NCBI GenBank assembly: GCA_910592345.1
Contig: CAJVPI010000271.1
Coordinates: forward strand, 1 to 37,528
Reading direction: 5' to 3'
Length of the DNA: 37,528 bases
DNA from: Paraglomus brasilianum
Lineage: Eukaryota
In this document: positions 9,186 through 21,990 of the stretch, one piece after another
Layout: each line of letters starts with the position of its first letter
Position numbering within the stretch: position 1 is the first letter of the stretch
Position numbers and translations under genes: made by a program
The notes under the pieces: generated by a model
What the model saw: only the letters and a program-made list of their open reading frames with translations
Database searches by the model: none
What the model was told of the DNA's origin: nothing

Positions 9186-11633
9186 ATGCCTCCATCGAAA
9201 GTCCAATCAGAAAAACAAACATTCTTAAAGGAATATGGCGATAGATATGGTTACAATGGAAGAATTGACCAGATTAGAGAAGAGGAGTATCCGCAATTAA
9301 AAAGTAGGATTTAATTTAAGGCTTTTCTTTGTAATACATTAATTTAAGCAAGCAACATTTAATTCTGATATTATACTCTGTCCCCATAAAAAGATGGTTT
9401 CTATCTAGATCATGCAGGAACGACAACATATCCTCAAAGCACTCTTGTAAACCTTAAAGCTGATCTCACCGATAACCTCTATGGCAACCCACACAGCAAG
9501 TCGCCAAGCTCCATGCTGGCAACAAAAAAGGTCGAAGCAGTTCGCAATCAAATTCTCAACTACTTTGATTGCACTCCCGGAGATTATCAAGTAGTGTTCA
9601 CTCAAAATGCGACTGCTGCAATAAAACTGGTGGGAGAAATCTTTCCATGGCAGAGCGAAAGAAGCTGGTTTAAATATTTGAGAGAAAATCATACGAGCAT
9701 TATTGGTTTGAGAGCACTTGCTAAGGAAGGTGGAGCTGATATCAGCGTGCTTTCCGAAGCAGAAGTCGAGTCCTTTATTGGGACTCATCGTCAGCTTAAA
9801 GAGCAAGATGATGGCGAGGTTATCTATAATCTTTTTGCGTATCCTGGTCAATGTAACTTTTCAGGAATGAAGTTCCCGATAAACTGGGCACAACGCATAA
9901 AAGAAAATCATAGTACAGAGACGTCAAAAGTATTGGTTTTGTTAGACGCTGCATCATATGTCACTTCATCGCAGCTGTCTTTAAGAGATACCAAATCGTC
10001 ACCTGATTTCGTAAATTTAAGCTTTTACAAATTGTTTGGATATCCAACTGGGCTTGGTGCTTTACTGGTAAAGACTGAACTTACGCCGATTTTGAAAAAG
10101 CGGTATTTCGGAGGTGGGACAAGTAAGTATAATTTTGTTAAGTACGAGAATTTCATCATGCACACTCCACACCCACACCCACACACACACACGTCGGATA
10201 ACTAACGTCTCTCCATATCGACATCTTGTATAGTTTCGGGACTTCTCTACGATGCAGATTATGCTCAATTTTGGCCATCTCTCTCAGAAACTTATGAAGA
10301 TGGAACCATAAACTTTTTAAATATTATCGCACTTTCTCATGCGTTTGCTGCATTCCACAAACTTTATAATTCGATCAATTACGTCAACATGCACACATCC
10401 ACGCTTATATCCTATCTTTATTCGCAGCTGTCTGTGATGAAGCATTATAACGGAGCGCCCATTTGCGAAATATTTAGTTCTAGAGATTTTCACAATCCGA
10501 AAATGCAAGGACCAATCTTGAATTTTAACTTTAAGAAGCCTGATGGGTCATGGGTAGGATACGCAGAAGTAGAAAAGTTAGCATGCGGCGATAATATACA
10601 CTTGAGAGTGGGAGGTTTTTGCAATCCTGGTAGCGTTACCAAGTGGTTTAATATTACTCAGGACGAGATGATGATGGCTTTCAAGGTAAAAACTCGTTCT
10701 GGTGAAATTTATTCGATGGGGATGATATTCAATTCTGTGTTTTGCGTCAATTAATTTAAATAATTTTCATTTTTGCGGTTTTAATTTTATTTCTAGTCAG
10801 GGAAAGTGTGTGGGGATGATCGAGATATTATCAACAAGAAACCTACTGGATCAATCCGTGTCTCCTTAGGAGCAATGACAACGATTGATGATGTGTTAGC
10901 TTTCATTAATTTTGCAAAGGAACATTTTATTGAAGTAAATCCACCTGTCAATATCGAGAAGCGCAAGTCAGGGTCGTTTGTTCGTCAATCGTGGAAAGGA
11001 TTTACGGCTAATCCCCAGTTCCAAATTGTTCAACAAATGTCAATGTATGGTCAAGATTGGGTATTGATTGACGCATCGTCAGGAACTACCTTGAATCAAA
11101 GGCGGTAAGTTATTTTTTAATCATGTTATTGTTATTGTTATTGTTATCATTTTGTATGTTCGCTGACATCAAAACCAAATCAATAATCTCTCTGTCGCTT
11201 TCAAATCACACCTATTAGCAAAAGTGCATTCTTGCTGATTCCCCATAAAAACTTTGAAAGCTTAAAAGGACAGATTGAGTCTTCAGACAAAAGTCAAGAA
11301 ATGGCGAAATTTTCGTCTTCGTCAGAATTTTCGAAACTTTCGTCTTCGTCAGAATCATCCAATCATGGGGCTCTCGAACAATATGCCAAAGGAGTAACTT
11401 CTAGTAGAAAATTAAAGACTCCGGTGGTGACAAGTAAAGTTTTCTTCGAGGACGCCACCCCCGAACATAATACATCATTTGTCGATAGCCTGGTCATGTT
11501 CTTTAGTTATATTTTCCTCTACATACAGAAATTTGTTACTATGGCAGCACCGAAAGCTTACCAGACTCTTAAGGATAATAGTTTTCTAGTAGGGCTTTCT
11601 TTCTCACTAGTCTTTTTTTATTTCGTCATTTAA
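9186..11633 (+). CDS. hxB: Molybdenum cofactor sulfurase-like PLP enzyme (NifS-like domain) lacking the MOSC domain, with a hydrophobic C-terminal tail (about 673 aa)
   Basis: Exons 9186-9303, 9394-10122, 10234-10685, 10797-11104, 11219-11633 join in frame. Motifs YLDHAGTT, LYGNPHS, FTQNATAAIKLV, AYPGQCNFSG, LLDAAS, SFYKLFGYPTGLG (PLP Lys), YEDGT, LRVGGFCNPG (persulfide Cys), GSIRVSLG. Confidence 0.88.
11306..11355 (+). repeat. Short in-frame tandem duplication in the Ser-rich linker (27-bp period)
   Basis: gaaattttcgtcttcgtcagaat / gaaactttcgtcttcgtcagaat, encoding KFSSSSEFSKLSSSSES. Confidence 0.7.
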
Positions 11634-14005
11634 TTTAATAAACTTTTGTGATTTTGTTAAACTGAGCAACTTTGGTTTTAACAGAAAAAATAAAGTAAAT
11701 GGTATTGATCACTAACTTAATCTCTTATGTTACAATTACTGACGTTTTTACGTGCGTATACGTAAATTACTCTGTACTACCGAATAAAACAAGACCAAAA
11801 GTCAACTGTATGCGAGCATCCTTAGAACTGTGAGAAGGAGGACTTTAATAAATTTGAAAATTTTCATTAAAATGCAAGCATCGAATATTGTTTGTCAACG
11901 TATAAATTCACTGTCTTTAAAGCTCAGAGAGAAGAACGTTAACATATGAAAGTATTTGATGCTTAAATTGTACCTTGGCTTAATTCTACTAATTATCGTC
12001 GATTAGGAGGATGAGAATTTAGGTCCTCAACAATAATTTGGAAAGCCTCAACGACAGACACCGCCTATCAAAGCTGATCTCAAGGGTCAGCTAATTAGTT
12101 GCTCTCAACTGTTATTATGGCAATGATTACGGGTAGTTTTATACGAAGACTTACTCTAACTCCAAACTACCAAATGCTGTTGAAAAGTTTCTTTGTTCTC
12201 GATAGAAAGTTTTATGACAGTTGTAAACATCATTAAACTTGAACGTGTCATTATTTTGTTATTTAGATAAGGAACAACCTCTTAATCGAACGTACAAATC
12301 ATACCCAAATACCATCACTATGACGCCATGACAGAATACATAGAAATACAGTAAATAGCAAGTTTATTTATTTTCTAGAATACTTACACTATATTACGAT
12401 TGTAATCATGTAGTTATTTATTTGTCGTTTTAGCTACAATACGGATGGCCCGCATTATGTTGTAAGTTAAGATATTCAAAATCCAGTAATTGGCAACTAT
12501 GCCCTTAAATAGTTCCTTACTCCCGAGTTAATTCAGGCTATGAACAACTTTTTAGCGTAGAAGTTTATGCTTATTATTTTTCCAGAGATTAAAATCGTAG
12601 AAATAATCCCGATCATTTTAACCGTGTTTTATAAAATAGACTGTATTCACTCCTTTGAGTAGACAGTGAGTTATAGCTTTTGACTGTGGTCAGGCTTAAT
12701 ATCAAGTTTAATTAGACCTGATTTGTCACTGGTTTACATTAATATTAATATTAATACCTAGTTTAAGCAACTGAATATGTATTAGTATTGCGTACATTTA
12801 TTTACACAGTATAAATGTAAACATTACTTAAAATTGTTGCATAGTACGTTACATTTTATATGTGACCATGACTTTTTAACACCTTACATAAAGACACATA
12901 ATACAGCTAATTGTACATATGACCGTATGTGTTGTTCTGGTTGCCGGGAATGCAGAGTAACTTTGGACTAAAGTTGCCATAAAAGTTATGATGTAAATAT
13001 ATATTACCAACAAAAAAAATCCATTCTTCTCTCCCTCGAAATTAAAATTTGACCTGTTGAAAAAAGACAAGTCTTTTCAGGTCTTTGCTCCGCATAGAGA
13101 ATCTTTAAGAAGGGCGTGCCGTTTATCGGTCATTTTGTTTAAATTACCACCTGGTGAACTATGAATTAAAAATAAACCTACCAAATAAACGATTTCCTAA
13201 TTCACATGAATGCGTATTAACTGTTATAACATGTGAACGGATAGAAACCAAATTCACTCTCGTTCAATCGTCTAGCTTACCAATCGGAACCGAACTTTTG
13301 CAAGCGTATTTATTTGCTGACATTACTAAACTAATAAGTCTATATCATGTACACTACCATTTCAATCGTAGACGTCGCTCGAGAATCGCCACGCCCGAAG
13401 ATAAAAAGTATGGTAAAAAAAGACCTCGCAAAAATGTGTGATTCTACTAAATCGAAAATTCACATGATATCATCATATGATAACATGACATCTACAAAGT
13501 CTTGCGGGCGGTCATATTCCGCATTTGGTTGCACATACTATATTTGGGTTCGCCGATTTTCGGATCTGCGCGATTTGACATTAGTTTGGGCGATCTTTCA
13601 TAAATTAAGATTGCCAAATTTTCTATCGATTAATTAACGAAACATATGAAAATGCTACTTTTTTTGAGCATCCATTAAACTTCCATGGTTCAAAGAATGG
13701 CTTGTAGGGCCATAATACTTCATTAAAAGTTAAACAGTGATACGAGAAGGCAAAGTACGACTAAATGGATATGTATTTAATTACTAAGCGATCGACAAAA
13801 AACTGTCGGTTTGGTGACTGCATGCTCTGAAAACCAAATATAAATGCGTGGAGATATGCAACAGATGCAAAACATTGATAAACTCACCAGCTCCAAACAA
13901 TAGATTAATCAGTGATACAACAATTAAGGCTTGATCATAGCAGATAAGAGAGAGCATTTTAATAGAGACACTTTATTTCTAAACACAGAAAGCAACTGAT
14001 TGAAG

Positions 14006-16372
14006 ATGTCAATATTGAAGAAAAGACCAAAAACGGACGAGGAGTTAGAACTTGAAAAAACCACATATAACAATGAATTTACTAAACAAATTCAAATCGA
14101 AATTATAGACACGAATGGTAAATAAATGAAGTTTGCCCGGACTTGTATTGAACATTTGATTTATTAGATGAATTTTCATCCCAGATACCCTAGAAAATGT
14201 TCATATTGATGAAGATTCCGTATCGGTCGCTTGGTCCGGGCTCACGTACACAATTACGAATAAAAAGACTAAGCAAAAGGAAAATATTATCCAAAATTGT
14301 AGTGGTGTTGTTAAGCCTGGAGAGATTATGGCGAGTAAGTGATGAACCAAAAAGACTATTATTATTCACAAATCATGCGGTTTATGTACTCACAGCAATT
14401 CATATGTAATTAGTCATGGGTCCCTCGGGAGCAGGCAAAAGTACTCTATTGGATGTTCTGGCCGGGAGAAAGGATCCTAAAAATGTTACCGGAACGATTT
14501 ATTTGAACGGGAAAAGTGGCCAGAATGTAAAATTCGTATCGACTTATGTAATGCAGGATGATGCTTTAATGGGTAAGTTTAATCACATGACTTTAATGCC
14601 GAGAGGTAACTTTGTAAACAATTCACTGAAACTTTTTTATCCCTTTCCCCTTTCCCTCACAAATATCCATGATCGTTAACAGGTTCATTAACAGTCCGTG
14701 AGAATATTCAATTTGCCGCAGACCTCTGCTTCCCAGAGACAGTCTCACTTGCTGAACGTCACCAAAAGGTCACAGAAATTATCAAAGAATTCGGTCTAGA
14801 ACGTGTAGCTGATCACAAAGTAGGCAATATTATCATCCGGGGTATCTCCGGTGGTGAAAAACGCCGCACTGTAATCGCCTCGCAAGTTGTCACCCATCCC
14901 AAAATAATTTTCCTCGACGAGCCCACGACTGGCCTAGACTCGGCTGCTGCATACAATGTCATGAAGGCCATCATAACCACGGCTAAAACGCATCACTTGA
15001 CTGTAATCGCTAGCATTCATCAACCGAGTTCAGAAGTGTTTGCTTTATTCGATAAATTGTATTTGATATCACGTGGACAAACTGTATACCATGGACCTCG
15101 TAAGGCGGCGTTGGAATATTTCAAAAACCTCGGACATGAGTGTCCCGAACATGCAAATCCTGCCGATTTCTATTTATCGCGGATCAATATCGACTTTATG
15201 TCTGACAGAGCGACCGGAGAACAGCACATTGAGAAATTCATCACGAGTTATGAATCATCTTCTGCTAAACGTCTAGCAAAGACAGAAGTCGACGCCGTAC
15301 TGGCCGCAGCCGAGAAAGACGCAACAAACGATCTATCAGTTGATGTGCCACAAGGATACAACCGATATGCCAGAGGATTCTTTGTCCAGACTTACTTTAT
15401 TACAAAACGCACGTTTACCAATGCTTACAGAAACATCCTTTTATACTGGATTCGCGTAGCAATGTATGTCTGTTTGGCACTGTTGATGGGCACGGTATGG
15501 TGGAATGTGGGATTCGAGCAGAAGAATGTACAAGATAGATTCGCGGCCCATTTCTTTTCGGTTGCATTTCTTGTATTCATGAGTGTCGCCGGTATTCCTG
15601 GATTTCTCGAAGAGCGAGTAGTATTTCGCCGTGAGAGAGCCGATGGATTCTATTCGGTCGGTCCATACGCATTGGCCAATTTCGTTGTGTCAGTTCCGTT
15701 TGTGTTTATCATCGCCTTTACATTCACTGCAGTTGCGTATCCAATGATTGGACTGCATGCGGGATTCGGGCATTTTATGTGGTTCCTTACATATCTATAC
15801 CTTGCGTTGATGGTTGCCGAGTCGATGGTTGTTTTCGTGGCTGCAGTCATCCCGATATTCGTAGCAGCATTGACCATTGTTGCTTTCCTAAATGGATTCT
15901 TTATGGTCGTGCAGGGATTTTTCGTCAGAAGAGATTCTATCCCTCATGCATGGAAATGGGCTCATTACATCGATTATCAAAAGTACGCCTTTGAAGGTAT
16001 AGTCAAAAGTGATTTTCTTGGATTGACGTTCGATTGCGTCAAGAATGCGGCCACCGAGAAGTGTAACTGTATGTATGGAGATACCAGTGGGAATTCATGT
16101 GACTTCACCGGTCAGGATGTGTTGAATAGCTTTGGATATACAGAGATAAAATTACCGGCATGGGCGGTAAGTATATTGTGCGAATATGGATGAGGCGACT
16201 AAGTACACACTAAACTGATTAAGCCTACGACATGTACTTGATGTTTCTTCCATGACATGATTGCTGACAATCTTCTTTTTTTCTCATCTTGTAGATGGCT
16301 TTGGTTGGATTGACTATAATATTCCGTGTTGGATTCTACGTCGCCCTGCGTCTACGGAAGAGCAGAACTTAG
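14006..16372 (+). CDS. Half-size ABCG (White/ABCG2-like) transporter, NBD-TMD order (about 660 aa)
   Basis: Exons 14006-14117, 14185-14334, 14414-14572, 14683-16166, 16295-16372 join in frame. Walker A GPSGAGKS, YVMQDD, ISGGEKRR, FLDEPTTGLDS, SIHQP, NPADF, then an ABC2 membrane domain. Confidence 0.95.
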
Positions 16373-17360
16373 AATCGACCTTAGTTATCGAGTTATTTAT
16401 TATATTTATTTTAATAGTAATCAGTACAGATAATTATGTTAATTAATAAAAGATGAAAAATATTATGTAATATAGGGCATGCTGCAACTGGCGACCGTGT
16501 GTCCCACTGCTCCGTTTACGTAACGAAAGAGTGTCAAGTCATTATGATTCGTAAACAAACTTACATGTCGCGTCCACTCTGCCTCACCGAAACGCCTAAC
16601 TTTAAAACTGCAATCTTGCAAGGAAACAGGTGGCGTTTTTTTCTGAAGAACTACCTTAATAAATACCCTTACCTATGCGCGTCAGTGAGTGGGAAACAAA
16701 ATGAGTAGTAAATACCTTATTTGTTATGCGATCAAACAACATTCATTTTGCAGCATTTTTCTCAGTTAAATTCGCTCAAAGGAAGCAGCAAGCTGATGTA
16801 TGTTTATACTCTATGCATTATGATCCGGACGCAGGCACACACATAACTTTTACCTGCTTTGACTGCTTGCTTCTCTACATGTGTGCAATGAATTAACCTT
16901 AACAAATTTTTTGAAATAAAAAATAATTCAAGTTACTAAAATATGTAAAATGCATGCTAATGTAATTTTTTTATAGAAGTTGCCATCAGTGCAACTTTTT
17001 CAAGTTTACAGTATAAATCAATTGCAGATTTGAGTATGTTAGAGCTTCGGAATTTTAACAACCATATAGTGTGTTCTCTATTAAACAAGACAATCCACAT
17101 GTGTGAAAATAGACTTGGCTTCAAGATATTACACGATTTATGTCTTCATTGGCCTGCACAGAGCCCAGCATTAATTAGACGTTCACATTGTGTTGTCATA
17201 GTAACTCTTTCATTTTATCCAACATTGCCTGTATTAACCGTAATATATTATATTAACTGCATGCTTACACAAGATCTAGCCATATCTAACATCCGATCGA
17301 CATGCATGTGCCATACTTGTACTTGATCAATATTTTCCGCGAAAAACGATCCTCGCATCA

Positions 17361-19206
17361 ATGGAACCCGCCAGTTACGAACAGCAATGGCTCCCTGAAG
17401 AGAGAAGAGCGCCCGCTAGCTCGGTAAGACCTCGTGGCAGTAGCATCGATGCACATGGTCCGACTAAAGGATCTCCGAACATAGAAAGTGGTTCAACGTC
17501 TACGCCAAGAAAAAGCATGAAAGAAATGACTAAAGCAGAAAGAAGAGCACTTCAAGAGAAACAAAGAGCGGAAAAGGCGGCTAAAGCTGCTGCTTCAGCG
17601 ACTACATCAGCAAACAAAAAAGGTGGATCATCCGATGCAACGGGACAGGATTCCTCCCCATTGACAAAGGCAAAGCCCAGAGACAAAGAGAATAAAGGAA
17701 AATCATCAATCGCCAAACTTGATAATAATGATTTCGGTTCCTCAAGTGGTTCTAAGCAAGTAGCCCTTCTTGCTCATCTTGCTCATCCCACTCGACCATC
17801 GACTTCACCTCCCACAATCGCCGATATACATCCAGCCGTTCTGACACTTGGTTTGCTCTTTTCAGAACACAAGATCACTGGATCCAATGCAAGATGTGTA
17901 GCTACTTTGAGTGCATTCAAGAAAGTAATACAAGAATATCGCACACCAGAGGGTACTACATTGAGTAGGCATTTGCAGACTGTGTTGAATTCGCAGATTC
18001 AATATCTTGTTGATTGCCGGAATATGAGTGTCAGTATGGGGACTGCTATTAGATATTTGAAAATGGAGATTAGTACAGTTGACATAGATCTCAGTGATGA
18101 AGAGGTAAGCCGATAAATAGTTGACAATTATTACTAATTGATTACACGTATGTCGTTTTAAGCTTTAATTCGTCTTCGATGTCTAGGCAAAAATGCTGCT
18201 CTGTCAGAAGATTGATAACTTTATACGAGAACGTATAACAATTGCAGATAAGGCCATAATAGCCTACGGGTTGCAGAAAATACATAACGGAGATATTATA
18301 TTAACATACGCAAAGTAACTGATGCTTATTGTATACTGGTTGGTTCAAATTGTAAATTGTGGGCAATTTGTCACTAGAAATATTATTTGTCCTTGTTTAG
18401 GTCATCCGTAGTAGAGGCTCTGATATTGGAGGCACATAAAATGGGAATTCAATTCAGTGTTGTTATTCTGGACTCGAGGCCAAAATTTGAAGGTATGGAA
18501 AGTGACAATCTGTCAGCGGGCTTTGTATAATCGTCTACCCCTAACTCACATATCCGTCTCACCATAATTATTAGGCAAAAATCTTTTAAAAAATCTTGTT
18601 ACAGCCGGAATAAAATGCACATACTGTTTGCTTCATTCCTGCGGTTTTGCATTCAGACATGTTTCCAAAGTCTTCCTTGGTTGCCACGCAGTATTATCCA
18701 ATGGTGCTCTTTACTCGAGAGTAGGGACTGCCATGGTTGCAATGATGGCTAAAGATCTCAATATACCTGTAATTGTATGTTGTGAGACGTATAAATTTAC
18801 TGACAGAGTACAGCTGGATTCTTTTGTATGGAACGAGGAAGGTAAACTATCTTATGTCAACTAATTATCGATTGGATTTTCTCTAGCCTTTATATGAAGC
18901 ATCAACTTCCATTTTCTAGGTGATCCATCAGAACTGGTGAATATATCAGCCAATCCAATACCTAAACCCGGCCCACTCTCTTCCTGGCTTGGACAACCCG
19001 ATCTTAAGCTATTGAACATTCTTTATGATGTAACACCTTCAAAGTATATTACAATGGTTATTACAGAAGTTGGTATGATTCCATGTACAAGTGTACCAGT
19101 CGTATTACGCGAATACAAGTAAGTATAATACGTTTTATTTAAAACGAAATATTGACAATAACTAATAAATCTCTGATGAATATCTAGGGCTATGATTCAA
19201 TTATAG
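17361..19206 (+). CDS. GCD2: Translation initiation factor eIF2B delta subunit
   Basis: Exons 17361-18104, 18187-18314, 18401-18492, 18575-18841, 18920-19118, 19188-19206. The last exon is inferred; the unspliced form stops at 19122. Motifs [87 protein letters not shown]. Confidence 0.95.
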
Positions 19207-19230
19207 CATAATATTTGAGGAAATGCCTCG

Positions 19231-20739
19231 TTATACCACTTTATTACCAGCCACATAGACTGATTTCATATTCTCAACTCCACCTAAATTAATAAATTTT
19301 TCAAAAAGACTTTCTGCTGTGTCATCACTCCAAACTTCCATCCCACCGATGCCGTTTCCATTATCATCTGCACAGTGTACTACTATTGCGTCAAATGCTT
19401 TACCCACTTCAATAGCACCCACAACATGGTCAATATTAAGGACTTGGGCACCACCCATCGTAGCGAGATAAAAGGCATCCTTATAGCTGATTTCATCAGT
19501 TTCATCACTCTCCTTGTTGGCTGTTCCAATGGTTCGCTTCCGCTGTGACACAAGTATCTTTGAAGATATGACTGCGTGTCTCATGTTCTCCAGTATCGAA
19601 ACGGAATACCCACCCGCAATATCACTACCTAACCCAACCTTAATGCCGCTACGAAGTAAATGTCGAGTGCGAAGAATTCCGTCAGCAAAAAAGTAGTTGG
19701 AAAGTGGACAATGTGCAATACCTGTACCATGGTCACGCAAGATTTTGATGTCACCATCTGATAAGTGTATTGAGTGTGCCATTATTGTCTTGCAAGTCAA
19801 GAGTCCATTCTATATAAAACGCGATTGTTAAACACTACCTTACGGCTTTGCCATGCGTGGAAGCAACAAATCCCGTACCTCGGCGAATATCTCTGGATCA
19901 GCTTTACCATACAGCTGATGCACGTACTCTATCTCATCCAATGCCTCTGACATGTGACTTTGAATAGGGACATCATATTTCTTAGCAATGGCGGCTAAGC
20001 TCTTTAACAGTTGAGGAGAACAGGTAGGTAAAAAGCGTGGTGTAATGACTGGTGTAACTAGAGCCGCGCGAGCATCACCAGATGTCTCAAGAACTGCCTT
20101 CACGAATTCATCTGCAGCGCTAATAGCTTCGTTGGTGTCCTCGACATAATACTTGGGTGAATTCTGATCCATACTAACTTTACCAACAAACGCTCTCATG
20201 CCGGCTTCCCGTATAAGACTTACAAAATTTAGAGTAGGGTAGAGGTGGATAGTGGCAAAAAAGCATGCGGTAGTGGTTCCATTGCTCAAACAGCGCTTAA
20301 TAAGACGACTGTATGTCTTGGTAGCAAAATCTGCGTCGTCTAAAAATCGACGTTCTGTAGGAAATGCGTACTTGTTGAGCCAATTCATTAATGGTACGTC
20401 CGTACCAGTACCAGCATATCTGTATTGCGGAGAATGTATATGGCAGTCAATAAATCCTGGGATAATAAATGCGTATTTTGGTAGCCGAACGATTGACTCG
20501 GGTGTAAAGCATGTGACAGTTCGTTCGTAGTCTGGTGAATCGAGAGCTGTTATTGAAGTGATGTTACCGGATTCATTGACAGCTGTCGAAAATAGCACGA
20601 TAAATATATAAGATCAAGACAGACGACAAATGTAACTAGAAGTTAACTTGATACAACCCACTGCAACGTTCTCAAGGATTTCTATCTCGCCCAATGCACG
20701 TGAGTTAACAACTGTTCCGATGAATAGCTTAGCTGTCAT
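19231..20739 (-). CDS. GUD1: Guanine deaminase (amidohydrolase family, about 454 aa)
   Basis: Exons 20739-20658, 20582-19879, 19809-19231 join in frame. Motifs PGFIDCHIHSPQY, WLNKYAFPTE, GTTTACFFATIH, TPRF, QSHMSE, MAHSIHL, HCPLSN, GLGSDIAGG, ATMGGA. Confidence 0.93.
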
Positions 20740-21044
20740 ATTGAAAATACAGTATCGTAGATGTTACACTGTTACACTAGACGTTTAAATTATATGCAGA
20801 CAAAGTGAACATTCTATTATGTGACATAAACAAGAGGCTGAAAGTTAACTAATTCGATAATGACATTTTCGATTACAAATTTATGTAAATTACAGTTTTA
20901 AATTAATATCATGCCAAAATATAGCTTTATTGAATAAACTTCTACCTGAATTACATGCCTAATATAGGATTATGTCTATATAAAAATACACCACGACGTT
21001 CACGCGCGGAATATTAGAGGAACGTCGCGCGGAGCGTCCTCATA

Positions 21045-21990
21045 GCCGTGGAAGATGGAACCTCATTCTGCTCTACAACGAATGAAGAGGAATCAACAGA
21101 CCTTGCCAGCTTTCTGGCCATCGGTATTTCTTTGCGGTCCTCGAGGCATTTCTTGAGGAAATACGACTCTTTTGTGAAGGAAAAGGTAAAGTTCCTTTCA
21201 TTATGGCGGTGTTGATAGAAAGCGGGGAAGCTCCATTCTTATCAAAGTAGTGTATTTGGCCATTATCTCAGAAAAGAAATTTAGTAACGCGAGTTGGAGT
21301 GTGAGCGATTAAAATCTAGATCCAATCATTTTCATATATGAGAAATTCTAATTATAATGGTTCTACCGAATATGAAAAAGTAATGCGCTTCTTAAAACTG
21401 GTTGTTCAAAAAAGATCCCGGGAGAAAAATTTTCCGAGTTACATGAACTCTCTCTGGATCCGAACAAGACATACTTTTAATAGTCCAGTTGAAAGCAATG
21501 AATGGTGGAAAAATAACTACCAGCTGATGTCTTAAAAAAACAACACGTACTAATAAAAGAACTTTTATGATTGAGATTGCAATACGTCTCTTTGCCAGGA
21601 AACATGTTAGGAATTGGCCGCACTCATTTGAAAATGTCAGAAATCACCTAGCGACGAATGGTATAAACCGCGCGGTCATGGTAACATAGAACAAATGCCA
21701 CGATGGAAGATCAAGATAAAAATGTTGCTACAGCCGTGAAGGATCGTCAACCGAATTACTCAAAATCGCTTACACTTTTGCCAGCAGAAACGAGTTACAA
21801 ATCCGTCTATCGTGATTTTATTGCAGGTCTCGAAAACAATAGCACGTTGAAATTATTAAAATATGATATTCCGCAAGTTATGACTTATTTGGGCACTTGA
21901 TCTCATGTTTGGCATAACGAAGCATTAGCAGACGCGATAATTATATGAAAAGCGTAAAAATCCGCTTCGTCGAAGAGTTGAATAACGTGT
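21045..21990 (+). pseudogene. Possible decayed gene remnant (SAM-like start, broken downstream ORFs)
   Basis: Frameshifted pieces DGTSFCSTTNEEE...IGIS / GP / AFLEEIRLFCEGK followed by a GT donor loosely resemble a SAM domain. Downstream ORFs 21338-21535 and 21703-21900 are interrupted by stops. Confidence 0.25.

Noticed and set aside
9405..9851. 148-aa minus-strand ORF, and similar antisense or off-frame ORFs in the ABCG, GUD1 and HMT1 genes
   Set aside because: They overlap well-supported genes and show no motifs.
10161..10192. HTPHPHPHTHT His-rich tail on ORF 9513-10205
   Set aside because: It is a CA-rich microsatellite inside intron 10123-10233, not coding.
13050..13083. GACCTG...GAAAAAAGAC AA GTCTTTTCAGGTC hairpin as a terminator
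   Set aside because: Eukaryotic intergenic context, imperfect stem, no associated gene end.
13154..13637. Two short ORFs upstream of the ABCG gene
   Set aside because: No recognisable domain or splice structure; probably promoter sequence.
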